From NCBI GenBank assembly GCA_963977015.1, contig CAXBMO010000002.1, positions 64,001 to 128,000 of the forward strand: DNA of 64,000 nt. The letters run 5' to 3'. The translations under genes were made by a program, and so were the position numbers. This stretch comes from an uncultured bacterium. GTDB lineage: Bacteria > Verrucomicrobiota > Verrucomicrobiia > Verrucomicrobiales > DEV007. Positions 9,444 to 18,987 of this stretch are shown here, piece after piece (position 1 is the stretch's first letter; each line of letters begins with the position of its first letter). The notes under the pieces were generated by a model. That model had not been told where the DNA came from. It did not search any database and saw nothing but the letters and a program-made list of their open reading frames with translations.

Positions 9444-12400
9444 TTAGTGCAGGTAAAGAAACTCGTTTGAATTAAGAAGCGCGTGGCAAAAGTCGGTCAT
9501 CGCGCCAAGGACCGCGGGAGAAAGATTACCGCTACGGCTTGGTGCCGACGGGGATCGGAACCACAAAGCCCCCGGGGCTGGCTGTTCGCCATTGGGAGTT
9601 GAGAAGTCAAAGTCAGCAAAGCGATCTTCAACCGAGCCCTGAAAGAGCAGGGCATCCGGAGGAAGAAGGCTGGAGGAAAAGGCCAAACGCGCGACCTGAC
9701 CATCCCACAAATGCCCACCGGTATTCCTGCCCCCGACCAAAATCGGACTACTGGGCGTCTGAATCTGCTCGGCAATGGAATGCGGAACTTCGCGAATTTG
9801 CATCTCCGCATTCGGGTCAGAGAGATCCTTCATGTAGAAGGTCACCGTCCCGCCCACGTTCCCCATGTCCTGCGCGGTTATGGCTGCCGCAACGTAAACC
9901 GGCTTGTTCAGCGGGAAACGCAATCCGGATGCAACCACTTCGTAATCCATTCCTCCAGCCACATTCTTCCCAATCAGTTGGAGGATGAGATTGCGCGGCT
10001 GATACTTGGATTTTGCACTGGTCACTCCAAGGGACCAGCCTGACGAAGAATGACTCCCATTCCATCGAGATACCAAGGTGTTGACACTCGCATCATCATA
10101 AATGCGATCCAGGTTGGCGATGGTTTCGACCGTAAACGTGTCGCTTTGAAGCTGGGTTTTCGCCAAGTGAAGCCTCTCGAATCGGCTTCCCGGTTGAATC
10201 CACAGGGCCTTTGAGCCGAGTTCAAGATCATCACCAAGATTGCTGAACACCTGTCGGATTGGCCGTTGCCCCGTTTCACCGGGATACTTGGCCGGTGGAG
10301 CAACGGGTTTGGTGCCGACTTCGCCGATTTGCGACTTCAAAAACGACACTCCCAGTTGCAGTTCCTCGTTGCTGGCCTCGCGACCATACACCGATCGAAA
10401 TACCTTCCTGACCTCCGCCTCACCCGGCGTGTTGGAACCGTTCAGAACCCGTTTCGCAAAGGCCTGTGCCCGCTTCATCGTCCATGCTCCGTTTACCAAG
10501 AGCAGACTCTGGGTTGGTGTCGTGGTTTGAGAGCGGTTGGGTGTGGAACCAAAGCCCATTGGCGCATCAAATCCATTGAGAACCTTGTCCGGCGAATTGC
10601 GCATCTTCTTCACGTAGATACTCCGAACTGGCGAATTCCCATCGGTGCCCGCTCCTCCCTCTCGATTCTTGAGCTCGCCGGAGATCGTCAGCATGGCATC
10701 GCGCACTTGTTCCGCGTCGAGTCGCCGGGGCGGAAAGCGCCACAAGAGCCGATTGGTTGGATCAACCAGGCTTTCCTCCTTGGTTGGCTCGTGGCGCGCC
10801 GTCTGGCGATAGGTCGCGCTCGTCATGATGGTGCGATGGAGTTCTTTGAATCTCCAGCCTTGATCCAGAAATCGGCTTGTCAGCCAATCCAGGAGTTCCG
10901 GATGGCTGGGTTCTTCGCCGAGAGTTCCAAAATCGTTGGGTGTCGGTACGATCCCGGTTCCAAAATGCCGTTGCCAGATTCGATTGACGATGACGCGGGT
11001 GGAAAGTGGATTGTTGGGACTCGCGATCCAATCCGCGAGCGCCTTCCTCCGTCCCGTCGTCGTATCGGTGGGCTCAATTTTCGGGGCGGGTTGCCCAAGA
11101 AGGGTCAGGAATGCGGGTTCCACTTCTTCCTTGCCCGACCGCTTCGCCAGATAGGTCTTGGCCGGTTCCGGTTTGATGTCGGTCGCGATAAATCCGTTGG
11201 GAAATTCCTTGGGTTTGAGATGATCAAACTTCGCCAACTCGGCTTTGAGCTTCTCGTATTGTTCCAGCCGGTCTTCCTTCTTTTTGAATTCGGATTCCCA
11301 TTTGATTCGATTCCAATTGTGATCAACCTGGCGCTGAACCAGCTGAGCCAACTGCTCTTCATAAGCCGTTCGCTCATTGGATGGCTTGTAGTAAATTTTC
11401 TGAATATCCTCCGGAAATTGCTTCACGGTGAAGCTGAGACTGCCGTCCAGTTTGTTTTGTTGCAGCGCTTTAATTTCCTTGCGAATCTCAGCCGTTGCCG
11501 CTTCCCATTTTTCGTTCTGCCGATCATACTCCGCCTTCTCTTCCGCTCCTGCCAGGGGACTGTTTTCCGGCCACCAGGTGGTATTGAGGAATGCCTGTAG
11601 GGCAAAGTGATCCTTCTGCAGAATCGGATCAAACTTGTGGTCGTGACATTGCGCACAGCCGATGCCAATTCCCAGGAATGCCTCGGCGGTCACATTCGTC
11701 ATTTCCGTCATGATGATGTCCCATTGCATTCTCGCATTGCGCTGGTTCCACTCGTAAATTCCCAAGCGCAAAAACGCGGTCGCAATCAACCGGTCCGGAT
11801 CATGAGGGGCAAACTCATCAGCAGCGAGCTGGTCACGAACGAATTCGTCATAGGGTTTATCCTCGTTCAACGAGCGAATCACGTAGTCGCGATACTTCCA
11901 CGTGCCTGAACGGTAACCATCCGCCCGATAGCCATCGCTTTCCGCAAAGCGAACCACGTCCAACCAATGCTGCGCCCAACGTTCACCGTATCGAGGGCTT
12001 GCCAACAACTCGTCAATCAACCGCTCAAACGCATCCGTACGTTCATCATTGATGAATGCAGCCACCTGCTCCGGTGTGGGCGGCAAACCGTGAAGATCAA
12101 AATACGCCCGCCTCACCAGCTCCGCACGATCGGCTTCAACCGCAGGTTCAAGCTTCGCGTCCGCCAATCTGCGGGCCACAAACCGATCAATCTCATTCCG
12201 CGCCCATCCATCTCCGCCTTCCGGCACGTCCGGGTCTTGAACCGGCTGAATCGCCCACCATTCGCGATCTTCTGCCGTAAAACCGTGCTGATCCGTCGCT
12301 TCCGCAACTTCGGCTTGCGGATCATCCGGCCAGTACGCGCCTTCTGAAACCCACTTTTCCAAGACCGCTACCTGCTCGGACGTCAGAGCCTTCTTCGGTG

Positions 12401-12689
12401 GCATCTCAAAATCGGGATCTTCCCGGCGAATTGCTTCAATCAACAGGGATTCGTCCGGCCGATGCGGAACGATCGCGGGTCCCGCGTCTCCCCCTTTTAA
12501 AATCCAACTCAGATGATCGAGGCGGAGATTGCCTTTCTGCTTTTCGGCGGAATGACAATCGAAACAGGTTTCCGCAAGCAGAGGACGAACCTCCGTTTCA
12601 AAAAATTTCAGGGCATCCCGGTCGGATGCTGCAGAAGCAGTCAGGCTTCCGCCCAGTGAAAGGCAGGCTAGGTAGAGTCGCAGATTCAT
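9444..12689 (-). CDS. PSD1/planctomycete cytochrome c protein (DUF1549+DUF1553) with a C-terminal LamG/ConA-like insert
   Basis: CFDCH, YGERWAQHWLDVVRFAES, CAQCHDHKFDP, VNRIWQRHFGTGIV, SHPELLDWL and C-terminal LLNSNEFLYL. Beta-rich insert from FTVE to WDGQVARL. Confidence 0.92.
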   Translation of the reverse strand: MNLRLYLACLSLGGSLTASAASDRDALKFFETEVRPLLAETCFDCHSAEKQKGNLRLDHLSWILKGGDAGPAIVPHRPDESLLIEAIRREDPDFEMPPKKALTSEQVAVLEKWVSEGAYWPDDPQAEVAEATDQHGFTAEDREWWAIQPVQDPDVPEGGDGWARNEIDRFVARRLADAKLEPAVEADRAELVRRAYFDLHGLPPTPEQVAAFINDERTDAFERLIDELLASPRYGERWAQHWLDVVRFAESDGYRADGYRSGTWKYRDYVIRSLNEDKPYDEFVRDQLAADEFAPHDPDRLIATAFLRLGIYEWNQRNARMQWDIIMTEMTNVTAEAFLGIGIGCAQCHDHKFDPILQKDHFALQAFLNTTWWPENSPLAGAEEKAEYDRQNEKWEAATAEIRKEIKALQQNKLDGSLSFTVKQFPEDIQKIYYKPSNERTAYEEQLAQLVQRQVDHNWNRIKWESEFKKKEDRLEQYEKLKAELAKFDHLKPKEFPNGFIATDIKPEPAKTYLAKRSGKEEVEPAFLTLLGQPAPKIEPTDTTTGRRKALADWIASPNNPLSTRVIVNRIWQRHFGTGIVPTPNDFGTLGEEPSHPELLDWLTSRFLDQGWRFKELHRTIMTSATYRQTARHEPTKEESLVDPTNRLLWRFPPRRLDAEQVRDAMLTISGELKNREGGAGTDGNSPVRSIYVKKMRNSPDKVLNGFDAPMGFGSTPNRSQTTTPTQSLLLVNGAWTMKRAQAFAKRVLNGSNTPGEAEVRKVFRSVYGREASNEELQLGVSFLKSQIGEVGTKPVAPPAKYPGETGQRPIRQVFSNLGDDLELGSKALWIQPGSRFERLHLAKTQLQSDTFTVETIANLDRIYDDASVNTLVSRWNGSHSSSGWSLGVTSAKSKYQPRNLILQLIGKNVAGGMDYEVVASGLRFPLNKPVYVAAAITAQDMGNVGGTVTFYMKDLSDPNAEMQIREVPHSIAEQIQTPSSPILVGGRNTGGHLWDGQVARLAFSSSLLPPDALLFQGSVEDRFADFDFSTPNGEQPAPGALWFRSPSAPSRSGNLSPAVLGAMTDFCHALLNSNEFLYLH

Positions 12690-14050
12690 GGGGTTTTTAA
12701 TCTTAAAGTCGGAGGTCTGGCATTCGGATGCTCTTTGGAGGCAAAAGCATGAACAAGCCCTTGGCGATCATTTTCACCGGTTTCCCGAATGATGACCAAG
12801 CTTGCCATCCGATTTTTGTCTTTTTGAAGAAACTGAGCAAGTTCGGGAGAAGAAACGGTGAGTAATTTCGGAGAAGCGCCCCTTCGAATCGTGAATTCCG
12901 CCAACCTCTCCACGGTTGCCGAAGCAGACTCAAAGTCGGAGGTCCGCACCGGAGCATTTTCCCAGCTCAATTCCGCTTCGTCCCAGGAATCGAGATCGTC
13001 GTTCGCGATTCCATAAACCGCGAAGGTCGAATCAGGAATCAACGCAGAAAACCCCAATCCGCTGGCTTCGACATCGAGCACCAATTCCGCTTGGCTGATC
13101 GGCTTTGAGATCCCCTCCAGGTCAAAAGCCAGAAACGTGCGCCGCTCATTCCCCGCCTCCAATTCCGTGTGCTTCACCATGAGGAGCGGATGAGCGCCAA
13201 ACGATTGCCCATAGGTTCGTCTGACAAAACTGTCTTTTCCGCGGCCAAACGACGTCGGGACCGCCAGCCAATCGCCATCGAAATCCATTTGAACATGCTC
13301 TCGTGTGATTTCCTGATCAGGCAACGGCGGATTGGAACCGTGATGAAGGGACTTCCCTTTCGTTAGGAGAGTGACTTTCTCATCGGGTTTCCCGACTTCG
13401 ACCTCCCCTTCAAAGACGATGACATGGGAATCCCCAAAGGCGCTCGCCGTCACTCCAAATTTCGTTCCCAGATCCACCACTTCCAACGCCGAAGTGTCGA
13501 TCGTGAATCCATGAGCCGGTTCCGGGACATCGGCAACGAGCGACCCTTCGAGAAGCCGACACCGCATTTTCGACAAAATTTCCAACGTCGTCGGAGCCTC
13601 CATCGTCACCGTGGCGCCACTCGCAAACGCCACCGTCGCCATTCCCTCCACCAATGCCAGTTTGCCCGGTTTAAGCGCGGCGCCCTCCGTCGTAGGGAGT
13701 TCGGACCCCGCCCAACGGCATCCCTCAGCCTCAATCAGAGTCGCCACGGGCCGATCATGCTTCCGCTGAAAACCAAAAACCATCCCGAACAACCCCAGAA
13801 CCAGTCCCGCAGCGATAGCCCACCCACTTCGGTTCCAATTTGAAAAGGCCGGGTTGGCCGACAGCTCAGGCTGTTCCAATAATTCAGGAAGAAGGTCCGC
13901 CTCGGCCCGGAGTTGCCCGTGCATCCAGATTCGATCAACGTAAGTCTTCCGCAGATCCTCATCCGCAAGGATGTCAGCCTGAAACTGGCTCCATTCCTCC
14001 TCACTGAGAAGTCCTTCAACCGCTTTGTCGATTCGTTCGTCGCTATTCAT
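12686..14050 (-). CDS. FecR-like anti-sigma factor with a C-terminal DNRLRE-like domain
   Basis: Short cytoplasmic N-terminus, one TM helix, FecR motifs (GFTIDT..VVDLGTKFGV, VFEGEVEV) and C-terminal RRTFLAFDL..FASKE..PTL. Directly follows the ECF sigma with a 4-bp overlap. Confidence 0.8.
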   Translation of the reverse strand: MNSDERIDKAVEGLLSEEEWSQFQADILADEDLRKTYVDRIWMHGQLRAEADLLPELLEQPELSANPAFSNWNRSGWAIAAGLVLGLFGMVFGFQRKHDRPVATLIEAEGCRWAGSELPTTEGAALKPGKLALVEGMATVAFASGATVTMEAPTTLEILSKMRCRLLEGSLVADVPEPAHGFTIDTSALEVVDLGTKFGVTASAFGDSHVIVFEGEVEVGKPDEKVTLLTKGKSLHHGSNPPLPDQEITREHVQMDFDGDWLAVPTSFGRGKDSFVRRTYGQSFGAHPLLMVKHTELEAGNERRTFLAFDLEGISKPISQAELVLDVEASGLGFSALIPDSTFAVYGIANDDLDSWDEAELSWENAPVRTSDFESASATVERLAEFTIRRGASPKLLTVSSPELAQFLQKDKNRMASLVIIRETGENDRQGLVHAFASKEHPNARPPTLRLKTP

Positions 14051-14607
14051 GCCGGGTTTGAAGCAAGGGTTCGGTCAATGCATTCGCTCAAATTCTGGCG
14101 AATCCGGCTCAACATGCGGTAAGTCGCCCCCTCACTCCGGTTCGACTTCTCGGCAATCTCTGCGATCTCCGCATCCTCAAAATAACGCCAGACGATGGCC
14201 TGCCGTTGAACCAACGGCAGCTTTCTCAAACAACTCTGCAGCGCTTCCGTCCTCGATTCCAGGTCATCCGATCGTCTCTCGATTTCCGTGGCGATTGCCT
14301 CGATGAATTCCCGGTTGACGATCGAATTCGACCGCCGCTTCTCAAAGCGTCGATAGTTCAGGATTTGGTGGAGGGCGATCTTCCGCGCCCAGGCCAGAAA
14401 ATTGGTCCCGGCCTGAAACTTCCCGAACTGTTTCCACATGACGAGTTTGCACTCCTGCAGAATATCCTCAGCGTCAGCCCGCCGATTGACCAAGCTATAA
14501 ACATAGGCGGAAAGCGACGACTCGGTCTTGGCGAGCAACTTCAAGTAGCTCTCGACGGCGTCATCGGTCAGGGCTTCCACTGGCTGGGGTTCTTCCATTC
14601 TCGCCAA
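14047..14607 (-). CDS. ECF sigma-70 factor (Rhodopirellula/Verrucomicrobium type)
   Basis: DAEDILQE, GTNFLAWARKIA and a region-4 HTH (IAEKSNRSEGATYRMLSRIR). True start may be the ATG a few codons in. Confidence 0.92.
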   Translation of the reverse strand: MARMEEPQPVEALTDDAVESYLKLLAKTESSLSAYVYSLVNRRADAEDILQECKLVMWKQFGKFQAGTNFLAWARKIALHQILNYRRFEKRRSNSIVNREFIEAIATEIERRSDDLESRTEALQSCLRKLPLVQRQAIVWRYFEDAEIAEIAEKSNRSEGATYRMLSRIRQNLSECIDRTLASNPA

Positions 14608-14637
14608 GGGTAGGTCTCGTCACTCAAATTTTGGACA

Positions 14638-14669
14638 CAAAAAAAGCGCTTTCTGGAAAAAGCGCTCTC
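14638..14669 (-). terminator. Intrinsic terminator after the OMP gene
   Basis: Minus strand reads agcgctttttccagaaagcgct followed by a T run. Confidence 0.7.
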
Positions 14670-14712
14670 ACAAAGAGGAAAAACGGGACTGATGCCCTAC
14701 CGAAATTTGGCT

Positions 14713-15228
14713 CTAAAAAGGAATTCGAACTCCGAGACGGGCAATGGTGAAGTTGTTGTCTCCTTCAACCCAGTTGTAAACGCCATCAGCGAAGACGCCC
14801 ATGTTGCCGAGATTTTGAAACCGGATATCCAATCCCCCACCCAGTCGGTAGAGTCCATCGGTCGTTCCGCCGGAAATTAATCCTCCACCCATTAAAACGT
14901 AGGGGGAAATGCAGTTTGCGGGAGCGCGGAGCGCCAAATCCGCAGTAACGGCGTGAACTTCACTGCTGTAAGGGAAAACCGCGTAACTCATGTCCACCCC
15001 GATGTTCTCGGTAAAGTAGTAGGCCATGCTGATTCCTCCACCCAGTTCATCCCCAGCAGAACCGTTTGGCAATGCCCCCGCCGCATAAGCGCCAAATTCA
15101 AAACCTGGAGCGAACGATTCGGGGTCCTGAGGTGCCGTTGTGATTGCCTCTTTGCTCACAACATCACCGGCAAACGCCTGGACGGCGAAGATGGTAAAGA
15201 GAGTGAGCGTGGCAAAAACCTTAGACAT
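14713..15228 (-). CDS. Small 8-stranded outer-membrane beta-barrel protein
   Basis: Signal peptide, alternating beta-strands, PYVLMGGG, GGGLDIRF and terminal Phe (LGVRIPF). Confidence 0.8.
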   Translation of the reverse strand: MSKVFATLTLFTIFAVQAFAGDVVSKEAITTAPQDPESFAPGFEFGAYAAGALPNGSAGDELGGGISMAYYFTENIGVDMSYAVFPYSSEVHAVTADLALRAPANCISPYVLMGGGLISGGTTDGLYRLGGGLDIRFQNLGNMGVFADGVYNWVEGDNNFTIARLGVRIPF

Positions 15229-15301
15229 TCGTGGGTAAGTTGTAGGGTGAGACGTTCAAACGTCAAGGGAAATTGAGCAAACTACGCCCTACAAATCACG
15301 A

Positions 15302-16237
15302 CTATTTCAGCCGCTCTAATTCCTCACCCATTTCCTCCAGTTTCCTCCTGAGCTTGTTGATCCGCGTTTCCCGGGCCGCGGCAGCCGCAACATCCTCATC
15401 CTCATGGGTTAACAGTTCGTGAAGACTCCGGTCCGCGATTTCCCGCTGCGCTTCGTCCATCCCATTGATAATCACGCCGATCACCAAATTCAGCATCACC
15501 ATCGTCCCGATCAAAACAAAACTGACGAAGTAGGCAGCCCCAACCAGGGGCATCGCCTGCGAAACCCGCCCGGGCGCATCCTGATTGTAGCCTTGATAGT
15601 TGTCCGAGCCATAAATCTGCAAATACATGACGTCCGTCCAATCCTCGAGCGTCACGATTCGAAACAACGAAAGCAAGGACAGCCACAAATTCCCAAAGTG
15701 GATCGGATCATTTTCTCGAAACAGCATCACGCCGACCACGGCGTAAATGTAGAATAGGAGCAGCAGCAGCAAACTGACGTATCCCATCGACGGCAAGCTC
15801 TTGAGCATCGCCGTCACCAGGAGTTGAAGCCGCGGAACCGCAGTCACCAAGCGCAGAACCCGCAGCAACCGAAACAATCGCAGGACCGCCACATAGCTTC
15901 CGCCGAACGGGAGAAAGCAGACGGCCACGATGACAAAGTCGAACACATTCCAGCCGTCTTTGAAGAAATCGAGCGGCCGGGGCTGCAACGCAATCATCTT
16001 GAGCACAATCTCAACCGTGAAAATCGCCAGAACCACCGCATCGAGAGCCCCGATAATGTTCCCAAACCGTTCAACCAGAGCGGGATAAGTCGTCAACCCG
16101 ACAAGAAATCCAGCAAGGACAATAACTCCAATGATGAAGGATTTGAAAGACGAGGACTCAACGATTCGCGCCGACCATTTTTGCATAACCGAAGCTGCTA
16201 GAACAGGAGCCAAGAATTTGCCACTGATTTTCACCAT
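15302..16237 (-). CDS. Bacterial voltage-gated cation channel (BacNav-type ion transporter)
   Basis: [10 protein letters not shown]4 helix [12 protein letters not shown], filter TLEDWTD, S6 LNLVIGVI and a C-terminal coiled coil. Confidence 0.93.
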   Translation of the reverse strand: MVKISGKFLAPVLAASVMQKWSARIVESSSFKSFIIGVIVLAGFLVGLTTYPALVERFGNIIGALDAVVLAIFTVEIVLKMIALQPRPLDFFKDGWNVFDFVIVAVCFLPFGGSYVAVLRLFRLLRVLRLVTAVPRLQLLVTAMLKSLPSMGYVSLLLLLLFYIYAVVGVMLFRENDPIHFGNLWLSLLSLFRIVTLEDWTDVMYLQIYGSDNYQGYNQDAPGRVSQAMPLVGAAYFVSFVLIGTMVMLNLVIGVIINGMDEAQREIADRSLHELLTHEDEDVAAAAARETRINKLRRKLEEMGEELERLK

Positions 16238-16296
16238 GCAGAAATCGTTTGCAAACCGTCATCAAACAGCGGATAGAGAGCCCCGGAATGATTTAA

Positions 16297-16370
<74 letters not shown>

Positions 16371-16380
16371 CTCCTCCTTT

Positions 16381-16424
16381 AAGCGCTCAAATTGCATTTA
16401 GAATGCGGTTTGAGCGCTTTTTTT
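16381..16424 (+). terminator. Long hairpin/terminator after the tRNA
   Basis: aagcgctcaaattgcatt-tag-aatgcggtttgagcgctt followed by a T run. Confidence 0.75.
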
Positions 16425-16853
16425 GTTTGGGGGTTTTGGGTGGGGTTTGGATTTATAATTTCCAAAACGAACCTACATTTCCAAAATTATCGGGAACCGA
16501 TATTCTTGTAGAATGCCACAAACTGACACAAGATTGTGGCAGTTTATTGACACATTTGGCCATTTCCTAATAAGCGCCCAAAAGTGATAGCCGCATTAAT
16601 TGGGAAGATGACGAATTTTGACTGCCGTTGACAGGCGGGCCAGTTTGCCGCTGGAGGTGTCTATTGACGGTTAGATTCAATTTGGCCGAAAAATGCAATC
16701 CGGCATACGTTCGCATCGATCTATTTTACGAAATGGTCAGCCAGTGACGGGGCTCAGCAATGGCATAGACGCTTTTTGACCATTACTGGAGCGTGATCAA
16801 GCCGCAGATGGAGTCGGAGTTTTTGAATCTAAACCTTTCGCGGTTTGGCTATT

Positions 16854-17114
16854 TTATAAATCGGTCGCAGGCTCTTCGTTGATTCGCGAATCTAGAAGCT
16901 CAGACTGCAGTCGAAGATCTTCGGTCGAGCCACCGGCACGGTTGAGTTGCTCCGCAACGTGCTCGCGGTAGATTCGGTCGAGTTGGAGGAGGTAACTGTG
17001 GACGGCCTCCGCAATGAGGGATGCGGGGGCGGTGCCTCCCTTTAAGATGGAGAGGCGGTCGAGAGCTGCTTCCTGCTCGGGGCTCACACGGATCATTTTC
17101 GGTTTAGAAGCCAT
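16854..17114 (-). CDS. Small putative ribbon-helix-helix (CopG-like) DNA-binding protein
   Basis: KMIRVSPEQEAALDRLS..G.APASLIAEAVHSYL fits a strand-helix-helix pattern. Confidence 0.6.
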   Translation of the reverse strand: MASKPKMIRVSPEQEAALDRLSILKGGTAPASLIAEAVHSYLLQLDRIYREHVAEQLNRAGGSTEDLRLQSELLDSRINEEPATDL

Positions 17115-17470
17115 AGCTAAAAGTTAATGTTAGGCAGGTTTCCCCGGCATGGTAATCCAAAAACAAAAATTTTGGCCTTTTTTGATATTGACAGTTGCTA
17201 ATAACTTCTCGTGAGGAGTTTTCAGCAACTGTAGAACGAATTGCGAATCCCACAGAAGCAACAAACTGCCTACATTGACCATTTTGATGAGAAGGTCGGG
17301 AACGCCGGATGGAGTGATCCACATCGCTGTAAACATGGATCGCGACCTATCGACTCAGCGGCACATGACGGCTTTCAACTCCTCACCGTCCATATGCCAG
17401 GTCGTCCCAAGCACCTCTCGATTTCAGGAAAAGACTTTGGGCGGATTGGAACCCGTGCCAGACTTTTGCC

Positions 17471-18949
17471 ATGAAAACCCCTCTGTTTGTTCTTGGAATT
17501 GCCGGTTGGTTAGTGATTTCTGCGGTCGGACAGATTGCGAAGGAGGCGGAACGCTTGGGCGTGGTCGATATCGGAACGCGCCGCGAGTTGTTCGTGGATG
17601 ACCTGCTGATTGGTGAGTTGAATGGAACCCGGCTCAAGCTTCATGAGCCGCACCGATTGCGGAGAACGTTGCCTCGACCGTTTGGTCACTATGCCACGGT
17701 GTTGAACGACCATGGAAAACTGCGGCTCTATTATCGTGGCGATAAGGTTCCCGGCGCTCATTGGCGGCAAGGTTGGGGGAAATATCATGAAGGTGAGGTT
17801 ACGCTGTATGCCGAAAGCACGGACGGCGGGATTACCTGGACCGAACCGAATCTCGGCATTCATGACGTCCCGGAAATGCCGAAAGGGAACGTGGTGATCG
17901 ATATGAGCGAGGACACGTTCCTGGTCACCCACAACTTCACGCCATTCATCGATACACGCCCGGGTGTTCCGGAGAATGAGCGCTACAAAGCATTGGGAGG
18001 CAGTCGCTACCCACCGGAAAACTGGGGCGCTTGGAGTTCGCCGGACGAACGGGCCAATCTACAGGAAAAATACGGACCAGGCGGATTGAAAGCGTTTGCC
18101 TCCGCCGACGGATTGCGCTGGCGGTTGCTCCAGAAAGAGCCGGTCATTGCGGAAGATCAGGGAAGTTTTGATTCGCAGAACGGCGCATTTTGGTCGGAAG
18201 CAGAGCAGCAATACGTCTGTTACTTTCGGTGGTTCGATCAAGGACGGCGAGCCATTCGTCGATCCACGAGTAAGGATTTCCTGAATTGGTCAGAGCCGGT
18301 GAATATGGAGGCGAACGAGCCCAAGGAGCAACTCTACACCAGCGGCACCCAGCCGTATTTCCGGGCGCCTCATCTATACATTGCCCTACCGACACGATTT
18401 CAAGCTTCCGCCGGGGCGATCACGGATATCGCATTCATGGCGGCGCGTCCAAGCAGCGATCGATACCACCGGCATTTCAAAGAAGCCTTCATTCGCCCGG
18501 GGTTAGGGCCGCGCGGGTGGGGAAACCGGGCCAATTATATCACGCTGAACGTGGTGCAAACGAGTCCTCAGGAGATGAGTCTGTTCATGTACGGCGGCGC
18601 TCATTATGTGATGCGGTTGGACGGATTTATTTCCGTGCATGCCGGTTATGATGAAGGGGAGTTCCTAACCAACCCATTTGTTTTTTCCGGCGACAAGCTG
18701 GAAATCAACTACTCGACAGCGGGCGCTGGCAAGATCCGAATTGAAATCCAGGATGCTCAGAGCAGTCAACCCATCGCCGGCTTCAGCCTGGATGACTGCG
18801 ATGCTATCCGCGGTGACTCCATTTCGGAGACGGTTTCGTGGAAGGAAAATCAGAGCGTCAGCCCATTGGCTGGCAAACCGGTTCGACTGCGCTTTGTGAT
18901 GAACGAGGCCGACGTGTTTTCGCTGCGCTTTCCGCAAGGAGAGGATTGA
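17471..18949 (+). CDS. Secreted glycoside-hydrolase-like five-bladed beta-propeller protein (PVC family)
   Basis: Signal peptide, RRELFVDD, YAESTDGGITW, SADGLRW, FDSQN, RLDGFISV and C-terminal GKPVRLRF. Confidence 0.7.
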   Translation: MKTPLFVLGIAGWLVISAVGQIAKEAERLGVVDIGTRRELFVDDLLIGELNGTRLKLHEPHRLRRTLPRPFGHYATVLNDHGKLRLYYRGDKVPGAHWRQGWGKYHEGEVTLYAESTDGGITWTEPNLGIHDVPEMPKGNVVIDMSEDTFLVTHNFTPFIDTRPGVPENERYKALGGSRYPPENWGAWSSPDERANLQEKYGPGGLKAFASADGLRWRLLQKEPVIAEDQGSFDSQNGAFWSEAEQQYVCYFRWFDQGRRAIRRSTSKDFLNWSEPVNMEANEPKEQLYTSGTQPYFRAPHLYIALPTRFQASAGAITDIAFMAARPSSDRYHRHFKEAFIRPGLGPRGWGNRANYITLNVVQTSPQEMSLFMYGGAHYVMRLDGFISVHAGYDEGEFLTNPFVFSGDKLEINYSTAGAGKIRIEIQDAQSSQPIAGFSLDDCDAIRGDSISETVSWKENQSVSPLAGKPVRLRFVMNEADVFSLRFPQGED

Positions 18950-18987
18950 GGTCAGCCCGGCGGAGATCACCGCGGAAGTCCCCCCCG

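Noticed and set aside
10266..11600. 444-aa plus-strand ORF (similar cases: 7845-8774, 49362-50618, 53784-54770, 61679-62833)
   Set aside because: All lie antisense to well-supported genes, as expected from codon bias in GC-rich DNA.
17104..17474. Short ORFs in the islet (17104-17322, 17130-17336, 17241-17474)
   Set aside because: Mutually overlapping, no motifs and atypical composition; a toxin partner for the RHH protein could not be supported.
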